DNA of 53,646 nt from Paraspadella gotoi (Eukaryota > Animalia > Chaetognatha), in the NCBI GenBank assembly GCA_051294375.1, contig CM119268.1:740324-793969 (forward strand), read 5' to 3'. Shown here one piece after another: positions 35,101 to 45,654 of this stretch. The notes under the pieces are model-generated. The model saw nothing but the letters and a program-made list of their open reading frames with translations. It made no database searches and was not told the DNA's origin. Position 1 is the first letter of the stretch, and the number at the start of each line of letters is the position of its first letter. The position numbers and the translations under genes were made by a program.

Positions 35101-37838
35101 CCTCCTCCTATTTTTTCCCCCTTCTCCTCCTTCCTCCCCCTTCTCCTCATCCCCCTCCTTCTCCTCCTCCTTTTTCCTTCTTCCTCCCTTCTCCTCATCC
35201 CCCCTCCTTCTCCTCCTCCTCCTTTTTTCCCCTTCTTCTCCTTCCTCCCCTCTTCTACCTCCTCATCAGGACGGCCCTGTGGTGACTCTTTTGCGCAGCC
35301 CTTTTTTCAAGGACATCATTCTTTGCGTTGGAGGTTGGACGTTCACCATTTGGAAAGAAGGAGTTCATGTGAGTGTGTCATGATGATGAATATGATGATT
35401 ATGATGATAATGAGGAAGATGTTGATGATGATGAAAATGAGGATGATGATGATGATGATGAGGATGATGAAGATGATGACAATGATGATTATGTTTATGA
35501 TGATAATGATAATGATAATTATGATGATGTTTATGATGATAACAATTATGAGGATGAGGATGATGACGATGATCATAAAAATGGTGATGGTAATGATTAT
35601 GATGATAGTGATGATGACGACAATGTTTTTTATGTCAGTGACAAGGTTGACACAAATGGTGATAAAGAAGATTGTGATGCCGATAATGGTGGTCTTTGCA
35701 GATAAGGTCTAACCAATAAGATGATGATTCTGCTGTTGGTGCAGCTGATGCTGCTGCAGCTACTGTTGACGAATATCCCGACCCCCCTGCTGCAGACGGG
35801 ACCCCTGCTGCAGTCGTCGGCGGACAGTAAGCGACTCACCTGCGCCCACTGGTCGCCCACGAGACCAGGCGTCTTCTACATAGCGAAGGTGGGGGGGGTT
35901 GTGTTCTCTCTGTCAGCGAAAACGTTTCAATTAAATATCGTATAATAATTAATTTTACATGGAATTAGGTTTACAAAATGTAATAGTTGGTTTTTTTTTT
36001 TTTTACTCAATATCACCGATAGTAGAGAACAACTCCACTATCTGAAATTACGATAATTATTAGTAATAATAATATTAAGAATTTATATTAAGATTATTTA
36101 TAAATTATTTTTAAAAGAAATGAATTAAACTTAAATTTTCTGTTAATAACTGAAAGAAAAAAAAACAATGCTAATTTGTTAAATATTTTAATTATAATTT
36201 TTAAACGAATAGTTGACTTCAGTTTCGTTTATTTTTCATTATTATTTCATTTATAAATCGTTCATTCTTTTCTATATTTTTCAGTCTGACGGAAATGTTG
36301 ACATCTGGGATTTGCTGGATCGAACTCACGAACCTTCGCTCACACAAAATGTATCTGCTGCTTCAATCACATCCATTTATCCAAAACAAGTTTCAAGTCA
36401 GTTGAGGGAGGAGTTAATAGTCAACTCTTGTCAATAATTACTTTAATAACATATTCACTTTATATAAAACCTTAGAATTTGGCTTCAAATTCTCAAAGCA
36501 ACGTTGCTTATTTTCAACCCTTCCCTTCTTTATTCCTTATCAACCTCTCTTAACTCTTCCCCTCTCTCTCCTCCCTTTTTCCCTCTCTCCTTTCCATCTC
36601 CTTTTCCTCCCCCTCTTTTCTCCTCTCCCTTTCCTCATACTCCTTCTTCTCCTCTCCCCTCTTTTTTTCTTCCCCCTCTTCCCTCTCTCTCTCCATATTT
36701 CCTCCCTCTTCCCCTCTCCTTTCCCTCCCCCTCTTCCCCCTCTCTCTCCTTCCCTTTCCCTCTCTTCCCTCTCCCCTCTTCTCCCTTCTCCCCTCTCTCT
36801 CCTCCTCTTTTCCTCCCCTCTTCCCCCTCTCTTTTCCCTCCCCTTCTTCCTTCTCTCACCTCTCTTCTGCGCCCTCTCCCCTTCCCCTCTCACCCCATTG
36901 TCTCAAAGGCAAAAAACACCTCCTAGCCATCGGCGACGGCCTGGGCACCCTCCACATCCTGGAGATCCCTTGGTCCCTCCGCCAACCCGCGCCCAACGAG
37001 TCGGTGGGCGTGGCCAACTATTTGGAGAGAGAAGTCAAACGCTGCGCCTTTGGAAAATCCAGATGGGAAATGCGAGCGAGAGAGAAGAGAGATTTGGAAA
37101 AGAGAGAAGCTCAGGCCCAGGCGGCCATGAAGGTTTGAGATGGCGGCTGGGGGGGAGAAATGTTTCTTGGGGAGAAATGTTGCTTGACAGAGATAAGTCC
37201 TGGAAAGAGCTGGGGTTAATTGTTGTAAAATTGAGTGGGGCCAAGTATCCACGACTGCTTGATGGGGCAGGAATTAAGCTGGGGGAAAAAGAGCTGGAGA
37301 ATGTAAATGGTTGATGTTGTCATTTTGTTTCGTTTTGTTATTGATGTTTATTTTGTTTCCCCCCCCCTCATTTTCATTATCCAACATTCCGTCTTTTTTT
37401 TCAGACCGCCGCCCCGCCGGCGACAGAAGACGAATTGATAGAGAAGATGCAAGTGAGTTCTAAAGTCGGACTAGAAAGACAGACTGACTAGACGGACAGG
37501 CTGATTGATTAAACGGACTCAACTGACTGCTTGATCAGACTCAACGGCTTAAAGTCACGATTTAAGAAAAATGGTGAATCAAATGAGACGCGCCGCGTGA
37601 TCACGTGAGCCTTCGATAAAGCAGATTGCTCTTTTTCATGTTTTTTTTGTCAATCGACATCGAATAATCATTATGATAATTATTTCTTAATATTACGGAT
37701 TATAAACATTTCGACGATCGTTCAAATCCTTCTCCCTCTCCCCGCCAGGCGGAGTACAAGGCGTACTTGGAATTGGAGAAGGCGGTCTTGATGGAAATGG
37801 GTCTCTGGCTTGAAATCGACGAAGATATTCCCTCTTAA
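14314..37838 (+). CDS. DNAI3: Dynein axonemal intermediate chain 3 (WDR63/IC140), 21 coding exons
   Basis: Exons: 14314-14332 (MAPKVK), 16288-16374, 16781-16878, 17513-17617, 18513-18701 (YKPPVPKPWETLGSEKEI), 19073-19231, 20533-20690, 20757-20947 (ALQQNEI..LKEYQSFTDL..WHPTI), 30425-30549 (WSFTDPIHPQ), 30676-30825 (EAPDDIFCFQFNPSDPNIVAGGCMNGQ), 30932-31111, 31446-31608, 31887-32109 (HLDLTWKP), 32182-32317, 33017-33141, 35270-35368 (RSPFFKDIILCVGGW), 35796-35888, 36285-36396, 36909-37132 (GTLHILEIPW), 37405-37452, 37749-37838 (TAA). All GT-AG and in phase except a 1-nt shortfall at the end of exon 15. Confidence 0.95.
15135..15830 (+). mobile_element. Non-autonomous Helentron/DINE-like element with 5' hairpin and (GTCT/GTCC)n tract
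   Basis: T-run then hairpin AGTCGGATCTGCT-TTTC-AGCAGATCCCGACT, GTCC/GTCT microsatellite, internal repeats; related pieces at 11728-11795 (+) and about 51985-52500 (-). Confidence 0.5.
17841..17880 (-). ncRNA. Minimal type-I hammerhead ribozyme motif (Penelope-like pLTR remnant, about 17820-18250)
   Basis: Minus strand AGCA-CUGAUGA-A-GGCUU(GAAUGA)AAGCC-GAAAC-UU-GUC-UG followed by an AATAAA-containing tract; intact core, weak stem I. Confidence 0.7.
19245..20140 (+). repeat. Degenerate GAGTAGTTTGGTC-like tandem repeat interrupted by a probable pLTR remnant (about 19560-19870)
   Basis: Recurring GAGTAGTTTGGTC/GAGTGGCTTGGTT units; insert has a decayed hammerhead on minus strand (TTGATAAAAGCC..GGGCGAAAC). 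Confidence 0.55.
20955..21095 (+). mobile_element. SINE family 1, decayed and internally deleted copy
   Basis: CCCGTGGCTCGTTAAGTAAAGCCATCAGCTCAT..AAGCCTAGGACCCTTTCCATGG matches the family. Confidence 0.55.
21306..22851 (-). CDS. METTL27: METTL27 (WBSCR27)-like class I SAM methyltransferase, copy B, nested in DNAI3 intron 8
   Basis: Exons 22851-22651 (WAQDYEKDL..IIDMAAG, contains indels), 22412-22243 (GTGFLTESLLEAG..VDALDASEEMLKIAQEKKIY), 21657-21533 (YDLVMMAGAFAPGHVP..VVKPGG), 21462-21306 (..VWVVQKNLS-stop). Exons 2-4 are clean and in phase. Confidence 0.8.
21835..21985 (-). mobile_element. SINE family 1 copy
   Basis: Minus strand GGAGGACGGCTGTAACCTGTCTTGGGGG..AAAACCCTTAAGCCTGGTTCCAAGAACAGGACCCGTT. 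Confidence 0.7.
22082..22157 (-). pseudogene. tRNA-derived fragment (Val-TAC-like loop), probable SINE head
   Basis: Minus strand TAGCTTGG..CTCGCTTACGAACCGCGAG..GAGGTTCAATCCCCTC; T arm present, acceptor stem does not pair. Confidence 0.45.
22969..25748 (-). CDS. METTL27: METTL27-like methyltransferase, copy A (indels in exons 2-4: pseudogene or sequence error)
   Basis: Exons 25748-25553 (clean: LYEKWATDYETDM..KIVDFAAG), 24560-24391, 23591-23463 (PGHVPLD..AVKP.GHAVCS), 23148-22969 (..VWVVQKDSQ-stop); same intron positions as copy B. Confidence 0.7.
26276..28223. mobile_element. Non-autonomous TIR DNA transposon, hAT-like, about 1.95 kb
   Basis: TIRs TAAGGGGTGAAACTTAG / CTAAGTTCACCCCTTA, direct flanks GTCTAGT on both sides, inverted subterminal motif TAGGCAATTT/AAATTGCCTA; no ORF. 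Confidence 0.7.
26985..27660. repeat. Long inverted repeat (about 310-bp arms, about 47-bp spacer) of a Penelope-pLTR-like sequence
   Basis: 26985-27299 is the diverged reverse complement of 27347-27660; each arm has a decayed hammerhead (CTGATAAAGA..TCAAAACATGTA) and resembles 17820-18160. Confidence 0.75.
29939..30033 (-). pseudogene. tRNA-Lys(CTT) pseudogene with genomic CCA and disrupted D arm
   Basis: Minus strand GCCCGG..[14-bp tandem duplication]..AGAGCACAGGACTCTTAATCCTGGGGTCGTGGGTTCGAGCCCCACATTGGGCG-CCA. Confidence 0.8.
31130..31420 (+). repeat. Intronic GTC/ATC trinucleotide-derived tandem repeat
   Basis: Repeated GTTGTCCTCCTCCTGGTTGTCATTGTC..CATCATCGT units between DNAI3 exons 11 and 12. 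Confidence 0.85.
32470..32762 (+). mobile_element. SINE family 1, most complete copy (leader, tRNA-like head, twister-like core, tail)
   Basis: TTGTAGTCGGGCATTGCA leader; CCCGGTGGCTCATTGAGT..AGCTCATGACC..GGGATCGACCCC; core 32611-32690; tail CTTCAGCCCACCTCGCGCCTTATCTAC. Confidence 0.8.
33148..34548. mobile_element. Probable non-autonomous DNA-element insertion in DNAI3 intron 15
   Basis: Bounded by TAGG..CCTA with GAGATG on both flanks; internal motifs (GAATCTGACT, TGCATCTCAAGAGCTCG) resemble 4640-5035. Confidence 0.35.
34549..35060 (+). repeat. 61-bp minisatellite derived from the 3' end of DNAI3 exon 15 and its splice donor (spans N gap)
   Basis: Unit GAGATGGCACTGAATAGATCTCTACTCYGAGGGCGACATTTTGGAATGCCATTCAGGTAAT versus exon end AGATCTCCACTCCCAGGGCGACATTTTGGAATTCCTTCAG-GTAAGAGATG. 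Confidence 0.85.
35380..35625 (+). repeat. Intronic (GAT)n-derived low-complexity tract
   Basis: GATGAT/GAGGAT/AATGAT units following the exon 16 donor. Confidence 0.9.
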
Positions 37839-38738
37839 AATGAGAATCCAAAAAGTCACAATTATATGTTTTATGATATATATGGAACGGCGATCCAGAG
37901 AATTTTAACAATTTTGTTTAAACGTTTGACAAAATATTTAAAACAGTTTCACACGATATTCCCGTGAAAAAGAAGGGTCTCTTCATCCCAAAGCAGCTCA
38001 TTTCATCTTAAATTAGGAATAAACTTAATTTTTAGGTAGATTAGGTTAGAGGTTTGGAATTGGGTTAGGGATTAGGTTAGCATTTACGGGTAACGATTAT
38101 GGTTAGGGATAAAGGATAGAGATTAAAGTTTATTGATTAAGGTTATGGTTAAATATTAGGTTATGGATTTGGATTAGAATTAAATATTAAACTTAAAAGT
38201 TAAAGGATGAAGAAGCAGAAACGGGGCGGTTTTGGAATAGAGAGCCAAAAAAAAAGAGAATAAATATCAAATCGCTACAACCTATACGAAAATAATTTCC
38301 GGTCCTGACTTCCAACATGATTATATTATTTACTTTCCCCGCTTTAATTCACGCTATTCAATTTCGTTGTTTTGTTTTTGAAATTCACAAAGTTGAATAA
38401 AAGATTCACCAAAATTGGCTTCGATCTTTACCTTATTAAAAATGTTTACAATTACCTAGATTAGTTTAATTACCCCTAATGAGTCCAAAATGAATGGAAA
38501 TATCTATTATCAATTACGGATTGAATTCAATATTACATGATTCCATTTTTAAACAGTTCGCAATTAGAATGTTCGAAATTGAGGGCCCAATTTTCGAAAT
38601 TGCAGGGCCCAATTTTCGCTGGCATCTAAAAATGTGACGATAGCTTCCGAATTGCCTTCGAAGTCATTACATCTCCGAATGTCATTGATCAACTCTGTCA
38701 TCACCACGCCCCCCCTCTTGATTTATCACTGGCATTCG

Positions 38739-41700
38739 TCAGCATCCACAGGCGTTTAAGAAGTCGGGGTAATTCGGAAAGTAGACGAATCGCTCGTAAC
38801 CGTAGATCCAGAAAATATATTCGTGAACTCCGGTCCGATCGGCAACGAGGATTTCCGTTAGGGGGACAATGTCAACGCTTTGAGCCTGAGGTGGGAAAGA
38901 ATATTTAAATAATCTGTGCCGGTATGTTCACACCGACTCACATACAGCTGCATTCAGATATATATAAATAATATATCTCTCTCTCTGTGTCTCCTATCTC
39001 TCTCTCTTTCTCTCTCTCTCTCTCCCTCCCTTTCCATCCAACCTGATAGTGTAGCTTTTTCTTTGACTGCATCTTATAATGTTTAGCTATGAGTTCATAA
39101 CTCGCGTCGTACAAACGATAATCCTGAAAAAAAAAGATGTGGGTTTTTCCACCTGACCTCATGCTCACCGGACGTGACCCGTTAGACCTTCTTACCAAAT
39201 ACAGACATACTGACATACACTGACGTATTCAGATATTGGCAAATTGAACAAATACTGACATGAACTATACAATCGTGACCCGATTCTTACCGGCTTTGAA
39301 TGAATGACTAATTCTGACCCATTCAAAACTTGTTGGTTCGATTGGTTAGATTTGACCTGACCTGACATGATGCGACCTGAGCCCGATTTGACCTGACCTG
39401 ACGCGACCCCTCTCTCACCTGGCTCAGTTGCGACCTGAGCCCGATTTGACCCAACAACAATTTGACCATACCCGTTCTGACCAGACCCCCTCCCACGTTG
39501 ACATAAAAGCATAAAAGTAGTAGAGCAAATTTGTCCCAATCTGATCGTGTTCAATTGTTCATTGTTCAGAGCTGACCCCCCAGTCCCGTTTTTGCTTGGT
39601 CCCTCTCTGACCTCACTCCATCGTAAACCTGACCCCATTTCGTCGTGATCCCGTCAAGACCCGATCCCTCTCTAACCTGACCCCCTCCATTCCGACCCGA
39701 CCTGAATGGGGGCGACTCTCTCGAAGCATTCCTCGACGACCCTCTTCCCCTTTGCTCGGTCGAGCAGTCGGTCCGGCAACTGAGTTCGATTGTAAAGCCA
39801 AAAGGAGGAGAAGACTTGAAAGCGGACGAAAAGTTCCACCGAGGATTTGAGGCGTCTGAAGAGGGCGTTGGGGAAAGAGGGAGGGAGGAGAGGGAGGGGA
39901 GGGGAGAGAGGAGAGAGAGGGAGGGAGAGGGAGGGAGGGAAGGGAGAGGAGAGGAGGGAGAGAGAGGGAGGGAAGGAGAGAGAGGGAGGAAGGAGGGAAA
40001 GGAGGAAGAGAGAGAGGGAGGGAGGGAAGGGGAGAGAGGAGAAGGAGGAAGAGGGAAGGAAGGAGAGAGAGGAGGGAGGGAAGGGGAGAGAGGAGAGGAG
40101 GGAAGGAGAGAGAGAGAGGAAGGGGAGAGAGGGGAGGAGGGGAGAGGGAGGAAGGAAAGGGAGGGAAGGAGAGAGAGGAGGAAGAGAGGGAGGAGAGAGG
40201 GGAGGGAGGAGAGGGAGGGAAGAGAGGGGGAGGGAGGGAGAGAAGATGGAGGGGATGGGAGAGAGGAGAAGGGAGGAGGGAGGGAAGAGAGGGGGAGGGA
40301 GAATGTAAATAGTAAAAAATTGAAAGAAAGAATATTTTTTACATTGATTGTGTTGGAACACATACACTATCGTAACCCAACTAATTTCACCCCGGTTCAC
40401 GCCCCATTGGTGTCAATGCTAGTAAGCGGGACGGGTCGTCTCACCTGTTACGGCCATCTTCAGTCAGAATCTAACTTCATTGAACAAACGAGATGGTGTC
40501 CATGGTGGGGTCCGAGAGAGCTCATTAATTCATGGAATTGATAACTTTCCCTTGGAATAAGTATCCTCGTGAAATAATAGAACGGGAAATAAAAGGTAAA
40601 GCGTTTATTGAGAGAGAGGCATCCAGTAATCAGCAAAATGTAAGAACAACGGGAGAAAAGTGAAAAAGTGAAATCATGAAAATCAACGAGCCCCGTGAGG
40701 AAGAGGATGAGGAATTTTTTTAATTTGTATTGATTGTACCAAAAGTAAATTTAAAATTTCGTTGTTTTTGGATAAAGAGAGAAAAGAGACTCGTTAAAAC
40801 CATGCGCGCTACTTATTACTTATTATAACCTTGAGAATAAGGCGCAAAGCGGACTAAGAGTGCTATCCAAAAGTTCTTTAACTCCCTCTCGAATCCGTGC
40901 AACGGGTCTTGGTCTTGGAAACAGGCTTAAGGGATTTCCAAAGTGTTTAACGGCCGTCCCCACGCTTCGCGCAGGGTAGGTACCATCAGGGATGGATCTC
41001 GGATCCTGTTGGTCAGGAGCTGAGGGCTTCACTCAATGCGCCACCGGGCGAGGACCGAGGGAGCCAATCGTAATGGCGGGGTGAACTTACTGCAATGCCC
41101 GAACTACAACCTCATCACTTCTTATCGTCACCTGAATCCCTCGCATTCATTGCAGCGAACGGAACCGGTTCCATTGCACGCAAAGCATTTGCGGATCCCA
41201 ATGCCCCAACAGTAGTAGCAGGGGTTCTCGTAGTCGGTACCGCTGCCAAAGCAACTGGGCAAGGGGAGGGGTTGGCGATTGATTGATTGATTGAGTATAT
41301 GAATCGAATGAATCGATCCATCAACCATTCAATCAAAGAGTGTGAAATGAGATAAATGAATAAATAAATGAATGAAATATTGAATGAAAGAATAAATGAA
41401 TGAACAAACAAATGAATAAGTGAATGAATAAATATATATAAATATACGAATGAATACCCTAATGAATGAACAAATGAATGAATGCATAAAATAATGGAAC
41501 AACGAATGAATGAATTTATTGAATAAACAAATAAAAGTCAACGACCGATTTAAATTATGGGATAAAAGAATGAATGATTGACTGACGGACTGACTGATTG
41601 ATTGATTCAACGATGAATTAAATAAATCATTGCTTGTCACAACCATTCATTCAAATGATTGGTGAGCACATTCAAACTCCGCTCCTTACTGATCGCAATG

Positions 41701-43416
41701 ACTCAGTCCTTCTTCCACGCAACTGACACAAAATTTCGATCCTTTCCCTTCACATTTTTCGCATCGATGAATAATCGTCGTGTGAGGCACCTGATAGAGA
41801 GAGAGAGAGAGAGAGAGAAAGATAAATATGTAATTATGTATATATTAAACAAAAGAAAGTGGATTCGGCGAGCTCGCATGTCTCTCAATGCAATCAAATC
41901 GTACACTGTTACCATCAAGTGGCACTCAGTTGCAATCAAGACGCATTCAGTTGCAATCAAGTCGAACTCACGTTGATCTTAAATTCTTCGTTCTTAAAGA
42001 ATCCATGACGAGGAACTACGATTTCCCATGGATGCGGAGGAGGGACGCAGCCCGGGCTGTCGACAGCGCCGCCGCTGCAGGAAAAAATGACAGCAGCAAC
42101 AATAACAAAGACAATAATTAAAAGCAACGATACAATGTAATGGACCTGGTCCAGCCAAGCGAATCAGTGGTTACTTGTACTGTACACAAAATATGCCGAC
42201 TGAAATACTATGTTGTTGGCGCGGGCTGAGTATTCAATGCCCCTTAATCTAATGTGATTAATCTCATCTTAATCTTAATCTAATCTTAATATAATCTTAA
42301 TCTAATCTCGTAACCTCATCCTGATGGAATCTGATAAAGATCGACTCACCAAAAGGGAACAGTTTTCCAGTGAGATTTCCTTTCTTCTAAGAAAGAATCT
42401 AGTTGATACTTGAGAGCCGGGTAGTGACACACGGTCAGAATCTGGTCAAAAACGATTATGAAAATTATTTGGGGTTTTATGAAGTTCAAGATGTTTTTAC
42501 ATTTTACATTTCAGATTTTACAAGTTGCAGTAAAATTTCTGGTGATAATCGAAAATTCCTTTTTATCGAGCCAGACAAGGCTTAGTTTTACAAAGTGTGC
42601 GATCATAGTAAGTATAAAATTTAGATATGGCTTCTCATCTTGAAATAGCTTTGATATTTTCTTATTACATTTGGATTTAAGTATTTTTGTTTGAATTTCA
42701 ACTTCATTATGATTTACTGCTATGTATCATATAATATCCAAATTAGTATATAGAAATGCTTTAATCTAATTTACATATTGCAGTATCTAATATTGAAATG
42801 AAATTCAAAAATTTTTTTAAAATTTTTAATAAAAATGGGAACTCAAAGGATTTTTTAATGAGAAGCTATATTCTTAATTTTAATACAAATAAAAATAAAA
42901 TCTTTTACAAGCTGCGATTGGAAAAAATTGAAAAATTTCCAATTGTAAACAATTGTAACATATTTTTGCCTTTCTTTTATTTCTTTAAATTATATATATA
43001 TTTTTTTCTTTTTTTTCTTTTTTTTACACTATTACTGTTTATGATTATGTCAATACTGTTTTTGGTATTAATAAAAAAAAAAAAAAAAAAATTTAGAAAA
43101 GACGAGTTCAGGCTCTGCAGTGACTGTACAGCGGCCTTCCAGCAGCTGTCCAGCTTTGTCTCTCTTTCTCTCTTTTTCTCTGTACGATCTCATGCCTGAT
43201 CGTTCGTTTTTTGAAAAATTCTGATTATTTTTTTCGTTCTTTAAAACTTTTATTATGCCATTTATTCTACGCTTTTTTCTCAATACAAAATCCTAAATTT
43301 ACATCCGAGATTTTCCTGGATACAATTTAGAAAAAGTGAAGAAAACTTATAACGAGTTCCGCCTCTGCAGCGTCTGTTCAGCTTCTTTCTCTCTCTTTCT
43401 CTCTCTCTCTCTCTCT

Positions 43417-43467
<51 letters not shown>

Positions 43468-44359
43468 TCTCCCTTTCTCTCTCTCTCTCTCTCTCCTATT
43501 TTTTTTTAGTCACTTTTTTTTTCACCACCGTCACTTGGCGACGAGTAAACAGAGTAAACGAGTTCCGCCTCTGCAGCGTCTGTTCAGCTTTTCTCTCTCT
43601 CTCTTCTCTCTCTCTCTTTCTGTCTCTTTCTCTCTTTGCGTGATCGTTCGTTTTTTGAAAAATTATGATTATTTTTTTTACTTCTAAAAACTTTTATTAT
43701 CGCCATTTATTCTCGATACAAAATCCCAAATTTACATCCGAGATTTTCGTGGATACATTTGAGAAAAAGTGAATAATAACTTATAATGCCATGCAATGTC
43801 ACATGAGTTCTGCTAATGTGAGAGGTAGGCAATATCTTCCTAAATAAAGAACAATCTAAAATTTCATTCAAGATTAAAATTTTTAATAAAATGAGGAAAT
43901 AAAATTTTTTTTGATAAGTAAAAAAAATATTTGGAAGTCAAAAATATCATAGTCGTAACAGAGTATTTTCAACTATATATTTTGTTAATAGAGATTATAA
44001 TTTTTTGACCGTTATTATTGAAAATAGTTTAGCCTTATAGCGACGAGTTTTCATTTCATACAATCAATATCAATCTCATTAATTTTCAATAATATGCAAA
44101 AAAATAAGGTTTTCAACCTCATTTTGAACTAGATGAACAAAAGACTTCAGTCTTATTTTCAATTGAAAAAAAATAGAAAGTTAATTGATGCTTAATCACA
44201 CTCATAAAACAATTTTATTTTTATCACGCCACTTTTTTCTTAATACAAAATCCCAAATTTATTTCCGAGATTTTCGTGGATTTTTATTTTTTTCCTTCTA
44301 AAAACTTTATTATTATTTTTTATTCTCTCTATATTTCTCTCTCAATCAACTCTATGTCG

Positions 44360-44409
<50 letters not shown>

Positions 44410-44798
44410 AATTAACTCATCACGTCAATGACTAGGATCGCATCATGAATAACTATCTGCATCAATGAATGACTATCATCGCATCAATGAAATTATCATC
44501 GATCAATGAGACTATCATCGTATATTGATTATCATCGCATCAATGAATGACTATCATCGCTCATCATGATCATCGCCATCAATCCTTCGGTTATCATCGC
44601 ATCAATATTTGGTTATCATCGATTCCTTATGCTTTTAAGATTTTTTTAATACGAATTTTTTTTTTATCTTCCTATTTCTAAAATAATTAATTCACTCGCA
44701 TATTTTCAATAATCAGCGAACCTGCATTCGTAGAGCAAAGCCTTTGTTCATATTTTGTACGGTGGCCATCTCAACCACTAAGTCACGAATCTGTCTAT
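38739..44798 (-). CDS. SSUH2: SSUH2-like protein (DnaJ-type CxxCxGxG zinc-finger repeats); 5' exons unresolved
   Basis: In-phase exons 44798-44722, 42408-42350 (YQLDSFLEERKSHWKTVPF), 42074-41972 (VDSPG..PHPWEIVVP..FF), 41790-41690 (VPHTTIIHRCEKCEGKG), 41254-41132 (CFACNGTGSVRCNECEG), 39855-39702 (LLDRAKG..VAPIQ), 39123-39043, 38885-38739 (QSVDIVPLTEI..WIYG..NYP..CGC-stop). Candidate indel-rich upstream exon about 45438-45246. Confidence 0.88.
40836..41108 (-). mobile_element. SINE family 1 copy with leader
   Basis: Minus strand TGTAGTTCGGGCATTGCAG..CCCGGTGGCGCATTGAGTG..GGGGACGGCCGTTAA..CCCTTAAGCCTGTTTCCAAGACC..GCGCCTTATTC. Confidence 0.75.
43095..44645 (+). mobile_element. Tandem or partial copies of a composite interspersed element (CGAGTTCCGCCTCTGCAGCGTC, (CT)n, CATCCGAGATTTTCGTGGAT, 22-bp array)
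   Basis: Motif recurs at about 43102, 43353, 43560 and 50847; same module order at 50845-51985. Confidence 0.6.
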
Positions 44799-45654
44799 CT
44801 GAAAAAAAGAAGGAAAAGAAAAGGAAAGAGAGAAAAGAAAGAAGGATAGAAAGAAAATAAAAAAGAAGGAAAGAAAAAAAGGAGAGAAATATATTAAGAA
44901 AAAAGTAAGAGAGAGAAAAAAAAGGAAAGAAAAGAAAAAGCAAAGAATGAATTTATGAATTCAAATTTTCAGAATCCCTTAAGGCTTAACACTTTCGCTA
45001 TTTCGCAATCTTCACTCTTTATCCCTCAATCATTACTCAATCAGAATTTCACAGTCCTCATCACTCGTAATCGCTGTCATTACCCTATCATTATCATTAC
45101 CCTTTTCACTGTCTTCCCTTTATCGCTATTTACAACTCTGCCATAACTGTATCACAATTATATTGTCTTTTTTATCACTCTCACAATTTTACTGTTTTCT
45201 TTTATCACTCTGTCATTACTTTATCATAATTTCACAGTTTCGCACCCGAGATGGAGTAATCCATGACGAACTCAAGATATGAATCCTCGTTAGACAGAAC
45301 ACGGCGAAGTCACGGCGAACTGTTGTCTTCTCACATCTTAAGGTTCCGTCGTGACCTCATCCCAGGTGACGAGGGCCGAGTTCAGCCTTTCCTCTTTCGC
45401 CCAGGCTGACGGTCCACGGTTCTTGGGGCCCATATTTCCTTTGAACCCCCCCCAAAAAAAAATCTGGAGCGCTAAGACGAAGTCGAAGTGCTAAGAGGAA
45501 GATTTAAGAAAAAGTTTTTATAAAGAGCTAAATTAGATTTTTATTTAAAACCAATAAGATTGACAATTAAATTATGTCACAAATCTATGGTTCTGTCATC
45601 TCAGGACGAAGTAACGGGTTTACGGGTTACGAAAGGAGGAGAGATGTACACCTC

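Noticed and set aside
35323-35712. Poly-Met or poly-Asp proteins
   Set aside because: (GAT)n tract inside a GT-AG intron whose flanking exons join in frame.
38035-38195. Interstitial telomeric repeat (also about 320-340 and 9650-9715)
   Set aside because: Only highly degenerate TTAGGG-like hexamers, no clean array.
40444-40560. Additional SSUH2 exon
   Set aside because: Exons ending 41132 and starting 39855 already join in frame with a continuous zinc-finger sequence.
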